DNA from: Eledone cirrhosa
Lineage: Eukaryota
DNA length: 64,000 nt
NCBI GenBank assembly: GCA_964016885.1
Contig: OZ024756.1
Location: 13,516,001 to 13,580,000, forward strand
Direction: 5' to 3'
The notes under the pieces: generated by a model
What the model was told of the DNA's origin: nothing
What the model saw: only the letters and a program-made list of their open reading frames with translations
Databases searched by the model: none
Part shown: one piece after another, positions 13,073 through 28,056 of the stretch
Layout: the number at the start of each line of letters is the position of its first letter
Numbering within the stretch: the stretch's first letter is position 1
Translations under genes and position numbers: made by a program

Positions 13073-13345
13073 CAATAATAATGGTACAGGACGATACAGT
13101 GTTTTTTTAAATAAAATTTATAACATTAAGAAAATAAATATTAATTTTGCCATTGAAGGCTCTATCACCATATTATTTTAACGTATAATTATTCTTATGA
13201 GTGCCGATGTGAAATACTTGTCATGATAAGCGTGTTTAGGACTATTTCCTATTATGACGGGGCGTATTTTAAAAATGTAAACAAAACGTTTTCCGGTATG
13301 CTATGCTGTTCGACGAGATGAATTGATTAAGGTATCTATATCTTA

Positions 13346-13391
13346 TTTAATTCCAATGAAACCTCTTAGGATGAAACATATGTAAATTAAA
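13346..13391 (+). ncRNA. Degenerate hammerhead (core CCAAUGA; copy at 15642-15687)
   Basis: tttaatt-CCAATGA-aacct.ctt.aggat-GAAA-catatGTA-aattaaa: 7-bp stem I and palindromic stem III; the core is mutated, so it is probably inactive. Confidence 0.5.
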
Positions 13392-13596
13392 TTGTGATAT
13401 AATTAACAGTGTTTGGTAAAATATTTAATGTAAAATTCGCTCTACGTGTAGATAAACTTGCATATTAGGAATTCATATATATTTTTTAAAATTTAAATTG
13501 TATGTAACCTTGTGTACAGTTTATTGAAATAAATATCGTGTTTGAGCTGATATAACTTTTTCACCTACAACTTTCCTGTTTTTATATTTGAAAACG

Positions 13597-13687
<91 letters not shown>

Positions 13688-13701
13688 ATGTGTGTGTATA
13701 T

Positions 13702-13756
<55 letters not shown>

Positions 13757-14050
13757 TAAATATACACGGGTGTGTATGATTGTGTATAGAAGATTATATT
13801 AATAAGAGGAATTCCAACTTTGTCTGATTTACTCGTTTTATTTACAATCCTTTAAAATATATAATGCTATTATAATGAAATAGTATGATAGAATATTAAA
13901 TTGTAAGTCTTAAATGAATATTAAACTCTAAGTGTTCAATTAACACTTAGAATTTAATATTCTATCATACTATTTCATTATAATACCATTATATATTTTA
14001 AAGGATTGTAAATAAAACGAGTAAATCAGACAAAGTTGGAATTCCTCTTA

Positions 14051-14144
<94 letters not shown>

Positions 14145-14151
14145 TGTATAT

Positions 14152-14202
<51 letters not shown>

Positions 14203-14207
14203 CATAT

Positions 14208-14277
<70 letters not shown>

Positions 14278-14551
14278 ATACTTGGGGAGGGTCATATTTG
14301 TGTAATAATATTGCCAGAATTAATAACAGAACACACTCACTGTTTGGTTGGTTTTCGATTCTGTGTCTTTTATATCGGTTAATTTTATTTATTCGGTCCT
14401 CAATGTTACCATTGACTGACCAACGGTCAAAAATACAGATACAATATAGACACAAACACATACATATAGTCTAACAAAGTTCTTTCGTTGCACATCTGCA
14501 ACATCGTCAGTGGTGCTATTATGTTTCCTCCCGTTGTATTGTATGCCTACG

Positions 14552-14594
<43 letters not shown>

Positions 14595-15091
14595 CGTTTC
14601 TGAATTTGTTTAGCAAGATTCTTTATCTGAAATCGTGTGTTGAAACCGATATTGTTATACTTTGGGAGGGTCATGTTGCCAATAAGAAACACACGCACCA
14701 GTTGCTTTCACTTCAATTTATTATATATTTATAAATTTATAAATTTACAAATCTACAAATTTATAAATTTCTGGTTGGTTGGTTGGTTCCACAACCAGAT
14801 AGTTGTTTATATATAGTCATAGTCCTTTCGTCACACACTCTGTGACCTCTTCAGTGACTGGGGATTCCTTTCTTTGTTTCTGTGCCTTTCCTTTCTTCTG
14901 TCCTACGCCATTTTGTTTCTGTGGACTATGACTATATATAAACAACTATCTGGTTGTGGAACCAACCAACCAACCAGAAATTTATAAATTTGTAGATTTG
15001 TAAATTTATAAATTTATAAATATATAATAAATTGAAGTGAAAGCAACTGGTGCGTGTGTTTCTTATTGGCAATATGACCCTCCCAAAGTAT

Positions 15092-15145
<54 letters not shown>

Positions 15146-15894
15146 CAAAATTCGGTAAGACTAAGGATTAATATTATTATTTTTTTTTATTTATACATCG
15201 CTACGGGTGTTTCAATAATAATTGTTTCTACTTTGGGCACAAGGCCAGCAATTATCCCAGTGCATTACTGGTACTTTATTTTATCGACCCCGTAAGAATG
15301 AAAGGCAAAGTTAACCTCGGCGGGATTTGAACACAGAATGGCGTCTGACCTTCTACCGACACTGCCAACAATAATAATGGTACAGGACGATACAGTGTTT
15401 TTTTAAATAAAATTTATAACATTAAGAAAATAAATATTAATTTTGCCATTGAAGGCTCTATCACCATATTATTTTAACGTATAATTATTCTTATGAGTGC
15501 CGATGTGAAATACTTGTCATGATAAGCGTGTTTAGGACTATTTCCTATTATGACGGGGCGTATTTTAAAAATGTAAACAAAACGTTTTCCGGTATGCTAT
15601 GCTGTTCGACGAGATGAATTGATTAAGGTATCTATATCTTATTTAATTCCAATGAAACCTCTTAGGATGAAACATATGTAAATTAAATTGTGATATAATT
15701 AACAGTGTTTGGTAAAATATTTAATGTAAAATTCGCTCTACGTGTAGATAAACTTGCATATTAGGAATTCATATATATTTTTTAAAATTTAAATTGTATG
15801 TAACCTTGTGTACAGTTTATTGAAATAAATATCGTGTTTGAGCTGATATAACTTTTTCACCTACAACTTTCCTGTTTTTATATTTGAAAACGAA

Positions 15895-15961
<67 letters not shown>

Positions 15962-15967
<6 letters not shown>

Positions 15968-16237
15968 AACTGGCACTCGGTCGGTTACGACGAGTGTTTA
16001 AGTTGATACCATCAACGGAACAACAGGTACAAGTGGCTAAGTATTCGGCAGACGAGCGTACCGTTGATGTAGTTTTCAGTGTGACACAGAATATGACAGG
16101 GTCCTTCGAATTCAAGGCACAATTCAGTTTTGCCAGCTGAGTGGACTAGAGCAACGTGAAATAAAGTGTCTTCCCGGGAATCGAACTCACCACCTTACGA
16201 TTGTGAGCCGAATACCCTAATCACTAAGACAGGTGCC
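15962..16237 (-). mobile_element. tRNA-derived SINE family 2 (CORE-like)
   Basis: Minus-strand B box GAGTTCGATTC and ACACTTTATTTCACGTTGCTC...CCACTCAGCTG body, related to 29720-29997 and 35552-35668. Confidence 0.75.
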
Positions 16238-16589
16238 TATATATATATATATATATGTATATATTCTACTAAAACTCTGTGATTGTGTGCTTGCCTGTAA
16301 TTTAATACAGCCAAAACGGCGTATAATGGGAAAATGCTTTGAAAGGAAATTGTCCATGAAATGGGAATACGAATGGAATAAAACAAGTTTCGTGTAAATC
16401 GGAGCACGGGTTCCTGAAATGCGGAGGTTTTCTGGGTACCTTCATAAATAGAGAGAGAGGAAGATAGAGAGTAAGGGATAGTGGTTGTGAGAGAGTAGAT
16501 TCAAAGAGAGACATATATATATATATATATAGAGAGAGAAGGAGACAGAGAAGGAAAATGGAAAAGAGAGAAAGAGCTGGTGGTGTTAT

Positions 16590-16629
<40 letters not shown>

Positions 16630-16670
16630 CGTGTGTGTGTGTGTTACCAGTGTATATAGGTCACAGACAC

Positions 16671-16784
<114 letters not shown>

Positions 16785-16787
16785 ATT

Positions 16788-16886
<99 letters not shown>

Positions 16887-16935
16887 CCTGTCAGCTTGGC
16901 AAGCTATTTAGAACACTGGTTTGACAACTTTATTC

Positions 16936-16970
16936 CCTCTGAAGAAGAGATATTATCTCGAAAATTTAGG
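16936..16970 (+). ncRNA. Minimal hammerhead ribozyme
   Basis: cct-CTGAAGA-a.gagat.att.atctc-GAAA-aTTT-agg; stems I and III are very short. Confidence 0.55.
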
Positions 16971-17218
16971 ACATTTAAATAAATCTAAGGTAATAGACTA
17001 ATTATCAACAATGTCTTTTGCATTTGCATTCTTTATTCTATGTCCATACCTGCATTGTTTTGACTTTATTATACATATACAAACGTTTATACCTCATTAC
17101 ACAATGCTTCAAGTGAACTATAACCCCCTCCATATATATATATATATATATATAGTGGTAAAACACTGGAAGGTAATATCCGTAGTGGTAGATCACTCAG
17201 TCCATGGGACGAATTAGG

Positions 17219-17363
17219 TAGAAGTGGTTACACAATAGTTAGGTCACCATACCGAGAACAATTGTTTCACCTTAGCGGATCCTCAACCCATTACGAGCTG
17301 AGGATCCGCTAAGGTGAAACAATTGTTCTCGGTATGGTGCACTAACTGTTGTGTAATCACTTC

Positions 17364-17365
<2 letters not shown>
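17219..17365. mobile_element. Fold-back cassette with ~68-bp arms carrying an HHR and ending in (TA)n
   Basis: caccataccgagaacaattgtttcaccttagcggatcctca pairs with tgaggatccgctaaggtgaaacaattgttctcggtatggtg. Confidence 0.85.
17292..17334 (+). ncRNA. Minimal hammerhead ribozyme
   Basis: tacgag-CTGAGGA-tccgctaaggt-GAAA-caattGTT-ctcggta; palindromic stem III ACAATTGT, weak stem II. Confidence 0.65.
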
Positions 17366-17399
<34 letters not shown>

Positions 17400-17786
17400 T
17401 TTTACATTATATACATGTCTGGGTTTATTTTATTATTTTAAAATTATTTCCAAGTGAACGTGGCCCAACGGGTGACGTGTGGTCTAGTATATGTCCAAAT
17501 GAAGGGGCAGCAGCTTGGTAGTTGATAAGGTATATGAAGATAATCTTCCAAAATTAAAGGTAGCTATCTAGAAACAAAGGATAAATAGAAGAAAGTTTTG
17601 TAGAAGAAAACTGGCCACTGAAATGCGCATAGTGTTTGGAGTAATAGAAATTTGAAGGAATACAACCTGTCCGGACTCCTGACATTTTACTTTTGTCAAA
17701 ATGAATGGACCTGTTATTTTTATCTAAAGACATTTTTTCCAATTCCAACCCGCCTGTCCCCTCAATCTATTTTATTTCTCATTCTT

Positions 17787-17822
17787 TCTTCTGACGAAGG
17801 ACTAGCGTCCGAAACGTTAAGA
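17787..17822 (+). ncRNA. Minimal hammerhead ribozyme of the PLE pseudo-LTR type
   Basis: tctt-CTGACGA-a.ggac.tagc.gtcc-GAAA-cGTT-aaga. Confidence 0.7.
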
Positions 17823-18104
17823 CACTCTTCCTGCTATATCAAGCGTTAACCTAATATATACCTTCCATATACTGTACCGATTGTGTTGTTATTTCTGTTT
17901 ACCTATTACGTATATACATACATACATATATATATATATAATATATTTAGAAACACACAGATACATGCGGACACACACATATATACATGAATGCATCCGC
18001 ACCCAACTGTGAGTTAAGGGTGCCAACTTCACCGATGTTGCTCAATGAATGACTGGGACAGACCAATTCAGTTGAACTAGACTGAACCAGTATCAGAGTT
18101 AAAA

Positions 18105-18413
18105 ATACATTATGAAGAGAGAAGAAACATTTAGATATAATTAGTAATAAAATGTATCATACCTAAACTGCTCCTAAATTCCTCGACTACGTAGTTTCGT
18201 GGCATAAACAAAAACAATATATCATAAAGATATAGAGTCCTTGCGAGGTCTGCCGACTTATCAAGAGAATCCCAAAAGGCGGAGGGGGAGATAGTCACGC
18301 GATATAACGGTCGAGAAACAGAGCCTCTTATAACCCCTCTTATAATTTAGGAGCAGTTTAGGTATGATACATTTTATTACTAATTATATCTAAATGTTTC
18401 TTCTCTCTTCATA

Positions 18414-18419
<6 letters not shown>
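18105..18419. mobile_element. Fold-back cassette with ~75-bp arms and an HHR-like motif in the loop
   Basis: tacattatgaagagagaag...ctcctaaatt pairs with aatttaggag...cttctctcttcataatgta, followed by (TA)n. Confidence 0.85.
18180..18269 (-). ncRNA. Hammerhead-like motif with variant core UUGAUAA
   Basis: Minus strand: ttctc-TTGATAA-gtcggca...tgccac-GAAA-ctacgtaGTC-gagga; perfect palindromic stem III ACTACGTAGT. Confidence 0.55.
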
Positions 18420-18479
<60 letters not shown>

Positions 18480-18734
18480 AATATGGGTGAGAAGAATACT
18501 GCTGGTTGCACATGGATAACATGTTATAAAATGAGTCCCTCATCAGTGATTTACCAAACGATCATGGGTATTTCATCGCATTAAAAATCATATACCTCAC
18601 GTTGGAGCGATAATAACTAAAATAAGTTATTAGGACAATAGAAACGCATGCATAAGTTCTATTTAAATTGTTGGGATACAACAAGCAAATATTTTTATAA
18701 CTGATATAAAGCACTCGACAAGTATTTGGAGTAA

Positions 18735-18947
18735 ATATACGATATTAACAAATGGAAACTATATTTATAAAACCATATCTATTTTATTATACATATTTCA
18801 AGGATACCATGTTAAATTATGGTATGCTTTCATATTGTATTTTGTCTGATGAAAGCATACCATAATTTAACATGGTATCCTTGAAATATGTATAATAAAA
18901 TAGATATGGTTTTATAAATATAGTTTCCATTTGTTAATATCGTATAT
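18735..18947. mobile_element. Fold-back cassette (family B) with ~98-bp perfect arms and a 15-nt loop
   Basis: atatacgatattaac...atgctttcat pairs with atgaaagcat...gttaatatcgtatat. Confidence 0.9.
18838..18902 (+). ncRNA. Hammerhead ribozyme, family B
   Basis: tattttgt-CTGATGA-aagcataccat.aatttaac.atggtatcctt-GAAA-tatgtATA-ataaaata; 8-bp stem I. Confidence 0.75.
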
Positions 18948-18965
18948 ATATATATTTTTTTATGT

Positions 18966-19038
<73 letters not shown>

Positions 19039-19779
19039 TACATATATACATACACACACACACATATATATATAAATATAAATATATATAGTCAATACAG
19101 GCAGTTCAATCTGCACCAAAACTACAAAACTAATATGCAATTTATGCGAATGGCTTTTTGTATGTCTGGTCTAAAAAACCACGTAAGATCTCGTACCAGA
19201 ACTGAACCCCATGTTCACTGGAGTGGTCAAGCTTTGTATTGAACAGACAACCAATGTATATATATACATATATATATTTTCCCCAGCTGCATTTGTATGT
19301 TTCTCTCTTACTGCTTCCCCCCTCTCTCTGCTTCTCTCACCTTCTTTCGCCCCCTCTGTCAGTTACACTTTCTCTCGACTGGCCTCTTCCTCGCACTTCC
19401 ACTCACTCACTCACTGCTTCTCCCTTTCTCACTTCCTACCGTTTGGCCTGAAGTGGGGTCCTTTCTTGCTCACATCTCACTCGCGTCGCACGGTCTGTTG
19501 TCTCTCGCCCATGAAATCCACGCAGCTTAAGCTGATCGGACTCCATGTGCTTGTTTTTTCCTATCTTTGCGTTGCTATCCTTCTATGTTTGTTTACTTGT
19601 CTCGCTCGCTTTACGCGATTTACTTGTCTCAAAAGCTTTATTTAGCTATTGCTCGCACCAACTGGAGGTATATGATTTTTAAAGCGATGAAATACCAATG
19701 AAGGTTGGAAAATCACTGATGAAGGACTATTTTTATCATATGTAACCCATGTACAACCACGCAGTATTCTATTCTTGTC

Positions 19780-19868
<89 letters not shown>

Positions 19869-19908
19869 GGTGCTTTCACTCTTTACGGGATCTTCTTTCA
19901 GAAGTTAT

Positions 19909-19979
<71 letters not shown>

Positions 19980-19992
19980 TATATATATATAT

Positions 19993-20059
<67 letters not shown>

Positions 20060-20614
20060 TAAACAAATAGTAGAGAGGAAAAAGATTTTTTCAGTAGAAA
20101 ATGCTGAAGAGATTCTTTCAGTGTAATATCAAAACATTTATTTATAAAGTAAATATTTCCGCATTTAATAATGGTACCGGTTTCAACATTATATGCTTTT
20201 TCAACTGCAGAGATGCATAATGTAGTTATGTTGCATATTTATACGAATAATAAAAATAATAAGAAAAATTATTAGCTTTTACATACATGTTTAGAGAGGA
20301 AAGTTCATATCTCTGTCCGTGCCTGTATATATATAGTTATATAAATATTTGAATTGACTTCCTTTAGCTAACTTTGACTTGTATTGCCACCAAAGTGTGA
20401 TTTGGGTTTACATTTAAAATTGATATATGAATATATATATATGAATATAGTAAGGTGTATTATTGGTTGTGCAAAATGGTCCAATAAATTTTTGTTAGTA
20501 ATATTAAGTTCTCCACACTTTAGTATATCTCCAATTCCATTCAAGGGAACAGCTAGACGATGTGAAACGGAGTATTAGTATCAAAATGAAAATCCGAAGG
20601 CAAAGTAAAATTTC

Positions 20615-20710
20615 CAATCATTTTAATCACGACACATGTTTCAATAAGGGATAGATCGATCGTGAAGCCATGATCAATTATCATTGATCTCATCAGGTGA
20701 AAATGAATTG
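20615..20710 (-). ncRNA. Hammerhead ribozyme (left-arm copy)
   Basis: Reverse complement of 20938-21033 with a few changes in stem II; the core is intact. Confidence 0.7.
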
Positions 20711-20937
20711 TCTTCAAATTCTTGATATGAGGGAGAAAATTAGCAATGTTCACTTACAGAGTTTATTCCCTCATATGAAGATCAAGCAGCTATTGGGATA
20801 TAGAAATTTGATAGTTTTATGACCTTAACTGAAGTTGATAGCAGTCGCCGCTTTTTGACAGCTAGATCTTCATATTAGGGAAGAAACTCTGTAAGTGAAC
20901 ATTGCTAATTTTCTCCCTCATATCAAGAATTTGAAGA

Positions 20938-21033
20938 CAATTCATTTTCACCTGATGAGATAAGTGATAATTGATCATGGCTTCACGATCGATCTATCCC
21001 TTATTGAAACATGTGTCGTGATTAAAATGATTG
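20938..21033 (+). ncRNA. Type I hammerhead ribozyme with extended stems
   Basis: caattcattttcac-CTGATGA(20952)-gataagtgata.attgatc...gatcgat.ctatcccttatt-GAAA(21006)-catgtGTC-gtgattaaaatgattg. Confidence 0.8.
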
Positions 21034-21087
21034 GAAATTTTACCTTGCCTTCGGATTTTCATTTTTATATATCTGAATATATATATC

Positions 21088-21127
<40 letters not shown>

Positions 21128-21503
21128 AAAGAATAGAGGTGTAACACACAAGTTATTATATATTGGTAAACGGAATAGAAAATGCTGACAAATTGTTCAC
21201 AGTTGAAAAATGGTTTAATTAGGAATAAAAGAGTATTAGTGATTGTATGGGTTAGTATTCAGTTGTGGTTTTAAGTTTTTACCGGTTGCGCATTTCTAAA
21301 TGCTTTTCAAAAATAATTTTGAGATAGAGTGTCCGTGCTGTTTGCTCTGATCTGATTAGTTTTGGGAATTCTACCTGTTTTTATGTTAAAAAAGTGGCTC
21401 CAATTTGCAAAAATTCTTGTGGTCAAAACAATTTCGATTGGTCGGTAGAGGTCATGTGAATGTAAAAAATTGATTTTGCGCCAAGATTGAGAAATGATAT
21501 ATA

Positions 21504-21573
21504 TATGGTTAGTTGATTATTATGGTTAGTTGATTATTATGGTTAGTTGATTATTATGGTTAGTTGATTATTA
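21504..21573 (+). repeat. 17-bp tandem repeat TATGGTTAGTTGATTAT x4
   Basis: Directly visible. Confidence 0.9.
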
Positions 21574-21659
21574 TTCAACAGAGTTAATTTTGTAACAGAT
21601 TTGAAGCACTCTACAGTATTTTTGGAGTATTAGTAATATTAACAATACTCCAAAAATAG

Positions 21660-21985
21660 GACGGTGAATTGGCAGTATCGTTAGAGGGTCGGACGCCATG
21701 CTTTGACGCATAGAGTTACGGCCCTTGCCATTCTGAGTGCAAATCCCGCCGAGGTTAACTTTGCCTTTCATCCTTACGGGGTCGATAAAATAAAGCACCA
21801 GTAATACACTGGGCAATTGCTGGCCTTGTGCCAAAAGTAGAAACAATTATTAATATTAACAATATTAATTGTTTCTACTTTAGGCACAAGGCCAGCAATT
21901 ACCCAGTGCATTACTGGTACTTTATTTTATCGACCCCGTAAGGATGAAAGACAAAGTCAACCTCGGCGGGATTTGAACTCAGATC
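21660..21985. mobile_element. Two family-1 SINEs arranged tail to tail (21660-21848 on +, 21868-21985 on -)
   Basis: A box TGGCAGTATCG and B-box-like GAGT.CAAATCC; the shared body appears in opposite orientations. Confidence 0.85.
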
Positions 21986-21986
21986 G

Positions 21987-22368
21987 TAACAATATTAATA
22001 AATGGAAAATATCTTTATAAATGGAATATATCTTTAATACCATATTTATTTCATTATACATATTTCAAGGATAATAGCTATTTTTTCCAAAATTTATCAA
22101 GCGTCTATAATAACGGCCCTTTTCTGTTTTAATGTATCCTTCTTAACTTATATCCCTTGTGATTTTGAATGTTTACCTCACTGCCGATAGCGGGTTTATT
22201 CTATTAAGTTTATGCTATAGTATGTCAATATCTTAACACCAAATATTATATTTTATCTGATGAAAGCATACTAAACTTTAGTATCCTTGAAATATATATA
22301 ATGAAATAAATATGGTATTAAAGATATATTCCATTTATAAAGATATTTTCCATTTATTAATATTGTTA
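21987..22368. mobile_element. Fold-back cassette (family B) with ~85-bp arms
   Basis: taacaatattaataaatgg...tttcaaggata pairs with tatccttgaaa...ccatttattaatattgtta, followed by (TA)n. Confidence 0.85.
22249..22308 (+). ncRNA. Hammerhead ribozyme, family B
   Basis: tattttat-CTGATGA-aagcatactaaa.c.tttagtatcctt-GAAA-tatatATA-atgaaata. Confidence 0.75.
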
Positions 22369-22386
22369 ATATATATATATATATAT

Positions 22387-22454
22387 ATTGTTATGCTTTG
22401 GGAGGGTCATGTTGCCAATAAGAAACACACGCACCAGTCGCTTTCACTCCAATT

Positions 22455-22517
<63 letters not shown>

Positions 22518-22585
22518 ATTGTTATGCTTTGGGAGGGTCATGTTGCCAATAAGAAACACACGCACCAGTCGCTTTCACTCCAATT

Positions 22586-22679
<94 letters not shown>

Positions 22680-22747
22680 ATTGTTATGCTTTGGGAGGGT
22701 CATGTTGCCAATAAGAAACACACGCACCAGTCGCTTTCACTCCAATT

Positions 22748-22826
<79 letters not shown>

Positions 22827-22894
22827 ATTGTTATGCTTTGGGAGGGTCATGTTGCCAATAAGAAACACACGCACCAGTCGCTTTCACTCCAATT

Positions 22895-22958
<64 letters not shown>

Positions 22959-23020
22959 ATGCTTTGGGAGGGTCATGTTGCCAATAAGAAACACACGCAC
23001 CAGTCGCTTTCACTCCAATT

Positions 23021-23030
<10 letters not shown>
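22387..23030 (+). repeat. Array of five identical ~70-bp family A termini separated by (TA)n of variable length; two more at 24766 and 24921
   Basis: attgttatgctttgggagggtcatgttgccaataagaaacacacgcaccagtcgctttcactccaattt at about 22387, 22518, 22680, 22826 and 22953. Confidence 0.95.
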
Positions 23031-23056
<26 letters not shown>

Positions 23057-23096
23057 GATATTAAATAAATGGAAACTATATTTATAAAACCATATT

Positions 23097-23162
23097 TATT
23101 TCATTATATATATTTCAGGGATATCATATTAACAATATGTTATGCCTTCTTCAGACAAAATA
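23097..23162 (-). ncRNA. Hammerhead ribozyme, family B
   Basis: Minus strand: tattttgt-CTGAAGA-aggcataacatatt.gtt.aatatgatatccct-GAAA-tatatATA-atgaaata. Confidence 0.75.
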
Positions 23163-24005
23163 CAATATAGACAGTTTTATAGATAAATAGATTTGACATA
23201 CCGTTCAACATCGACTTGTATTTGAAAAAGTTGATTTGGCAGTGAAAAATTGTAAACAGAAAGAAAGAAAGAAAGAAGGAAAGAAAGAAAGAAAACGAAG
23301 AAAAGGAAGAAATGCATGCCACAAAATAGAGAGATGGAAAGATAGATAAAGAGAAGAACTTCATGTAAAGAAACAGAGAGAGATATATAGAGATAGGAAA
23401 TAGATAGAGATAGATATATATAGAGAAAAGTAGGTAGTTGAACATCCGTTGAATGACGTATCAATGATACATTTATTTATTTATTTATTTATTTATTTAG
23501 CTCTAGTATTAATGTAAGGGAGATATATGTGGTTAGGAAAGAAACCAGCCGTTATATAGAGAGAAAAAATGAAAAGTAACCAGACATAGGCGAGGCAGAA
23601 TTTAAAAACCCTATGTTTGAATGTAGAAATATTAGTTCGTATAAAAACCAGGCACTATAATGTAAATATCAGTATTCCTGAATGAGACACGTATCTAAAT
23701 GTGTGAAAAGTAATGATCTTATGTCTAGTTTTAAAAATTCATATGTTTATATGATAACTACAAACATCGATGTGAATTTACGTGATCAACTCTGCAAACT
23801 CCTATTTCACACGGAGAACATTCTCATTGTGCTATAAAAATTTAAGTATACATATATGTGTATATATACACATATATATAGAGTCTATATTAATTTTAAT
23901 TTTAACAATACTATTCTTGTCTTTACTCTACATGATTATCTATCAAGCAGAAATAGAGAACAGATTTCAATATATTAATAAAAAATATCAGAAACAAAAA
24001 CAAAA

Positions 24006-24077
<72 letters not shown>

Positions 24078-24833
24078 AATAAAATAGAAAACTAAAAAAT
24101 ATTACATATTAAAAATAAAAATATTAAAAATATTAAAAAATATTAAAATAATAAAAATAAAAATAAAAACATAGTATGCCACGCAAATCGACCACAAAGA
24201 TCAACCCTTCAAAATTAATTGACAATATATTGCCAAGTTCATTATAAGCATCAGAGTCGAAAACAGATAAAGCTAAAAATTAAAAATTATTTACCAAATC
24301 GCGTCTAGCAGAAATCATTTCAAAAGTTTAGGATGCCCATTTGGTCTACATATGTTCTTATATTTAATATAGAAGTTTATCTAGTGTAACGTTTATTCGA
24401 TATATTTGGAGCATCAACTTTTAGGGTAGATTAATTTTTCATGAAGAATGTTTAAAATAAAAGTAAAAAGAAGAATAAAAAGAAGAAATCGAAAGATTTA
24501 TCGGCTAGTTTCCCAAATAATTACAAATCAAACTAAATATACTACATTTTAAATTTAAATTTATATTTAAAAGTTGAGTTCAATCTATGTTTGCAGCAAC
24601 TGAATAAATTTGTCCGTAGATTAAGGGAATTTTTAGATTTTAGTATAATATCGTAAATATACTCCAAATACTTGTTGAGTGCTTTTATATCAGTTATAAA
24701 TATTTACTAGTTGTAACCCAACAATTTAAATATAACTTTCCATATATATATATATATATATATATATTGTTATGCTTTGGGAGGGTCATGTTGCCAATAA
24801 GAAACACACGCACCAGTCGCTTTCACTCCATTT

Positions 24834-26810
<1,977 letters not shown>

Positions 26811-26872
26811 ATATATATTCACACGCACCAGTCGCTTTCACTCCAATTTATTATAAATTAAATTTATAAATT

Positions 26873-26947
<75 letters not shown>

Positions 26948-27086
26948 AATTGGAGTAAAAGCAACTGGTGCGTATGTTTGTTATTGGCAACATGACCCTC
27001 CCAAAGCATAACAATATCGCTTTCAACACACGTTTTCAGATAAAGAATCTTGCTAAACAAATTCAGAAACGAAATATATACATATA

Positions 27087-28055
27087 TCTATATATATAAA
27101 ACTGTGGTTGTCTGTCTGTCTATCGATTTTTGGCACACATCTCCTCTTAGAATCTCTGACGGAATTGCACCGAAATTGCTATACTTGTACATTGAGCCCT
27201 AGCGAAGACATCGGAAAAAAAATATTTCAAATTGACCCACCCTATGTGACGAAATCGAATATAATGTATCGATTTTTGAGCGTAAGTTATCAGTTATTTC
27301 CCTTTGTTCTGTTTACATTGAGCGTCTTACGTAAAAAATTACGCTGGCTTTCTCAGCGTTTAAAATGACATTAACACAATACACGAACAGTTGTCGAGCC
27401 AGCAAAATATTGACCTGCAAAATTCATCAGTTCGAACACTAAGCTTCCGTTTTGCTTCATTTCCATTTAAAAGCATTTTAAAACAATATTTTTACTTGAA
27501 AACAAGTCTATTTAAAGACTACGTAAAACAAGCAAATATTTCGTCGTTAGGCGTGCAGACAGACAGTCGTGCAGAGAGGTGATATACGCGTGCAGACAGA
27601 TAGTCGTGCAGAGAGGTGATATAGGCGTGCAGACAGATAGTCGTGCAGAGAGGTGATATAGGCGTGCAGACAGACAGTCGTGCAGAGAGGTGATATAGGC
27701 GTGCAGACAGATAGTCGTGCAGAGAGGTGATATAGGCGTGCAGACAGACATAACTGATAATTTGGTTACGCTAATGTTTTTCTCTGCGTTGCAGTGTTTA
27801 CATTTTCGATCTTTGTTAATAAATAACCAGTGCAGTTTCTATCCCCAGCATCCTCTTTTGTTATAACATTCGGGTTATCGTTATGTTTTCTTAACTTCAT
27901 AAGGCATATTGTTGGTTGAGGGAATATTAATCAAAAACACCACATGCAAGTCTGCACAGTAGACACTACAGTTTTTAAGCCAAGAAAGAAACTTAACATT
28001 GTAACTTTAACACAGCTACTGAGCGACCCCGAGCAACGCCGGGCTTTACTGCTAG
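27087..28055 (+). mobile_element. Non-autonomous Helitron with an internal 37-bp tandem repeat (about 27548-27750)
   Basis: A|TCTATATATATAAAACTG start and CCCGAGCAACGCCGGG...CTAG|T end, the same termini as 6953-7662. Confidence 0.8.
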
Positions 28056-28056
28056 T

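Larger units (their letters stand above)
20583..21065. mobile_element. Fold-back cassette with ~205-bp arms, each holding a full HHR
   Basis: aaaatgaaaatccgaaggcaa...tatgaagatc pairs with gatcttcata...ttgccttcggattttcatttt, followed by TA-rich sequence. Confidence 0.9.

Noticed and set aside
13188-13229. HHR-like CTTATGA...GAAA...GTC (and a similar motif near 23675-23715)
   Set aside because: The core is mutated and the stems pair poorly, so it cannot be distinguished from chance.
21733-21982. Another HHR fold-back cassette
   Set aside because: It is two diverged SINE copies in tail-to-tail orientation with no ribozyme core.
22387-23030. CRISPR array
   Set aside because: The spacers are pure (TA)n and the repeat is a mobile-element terminus.
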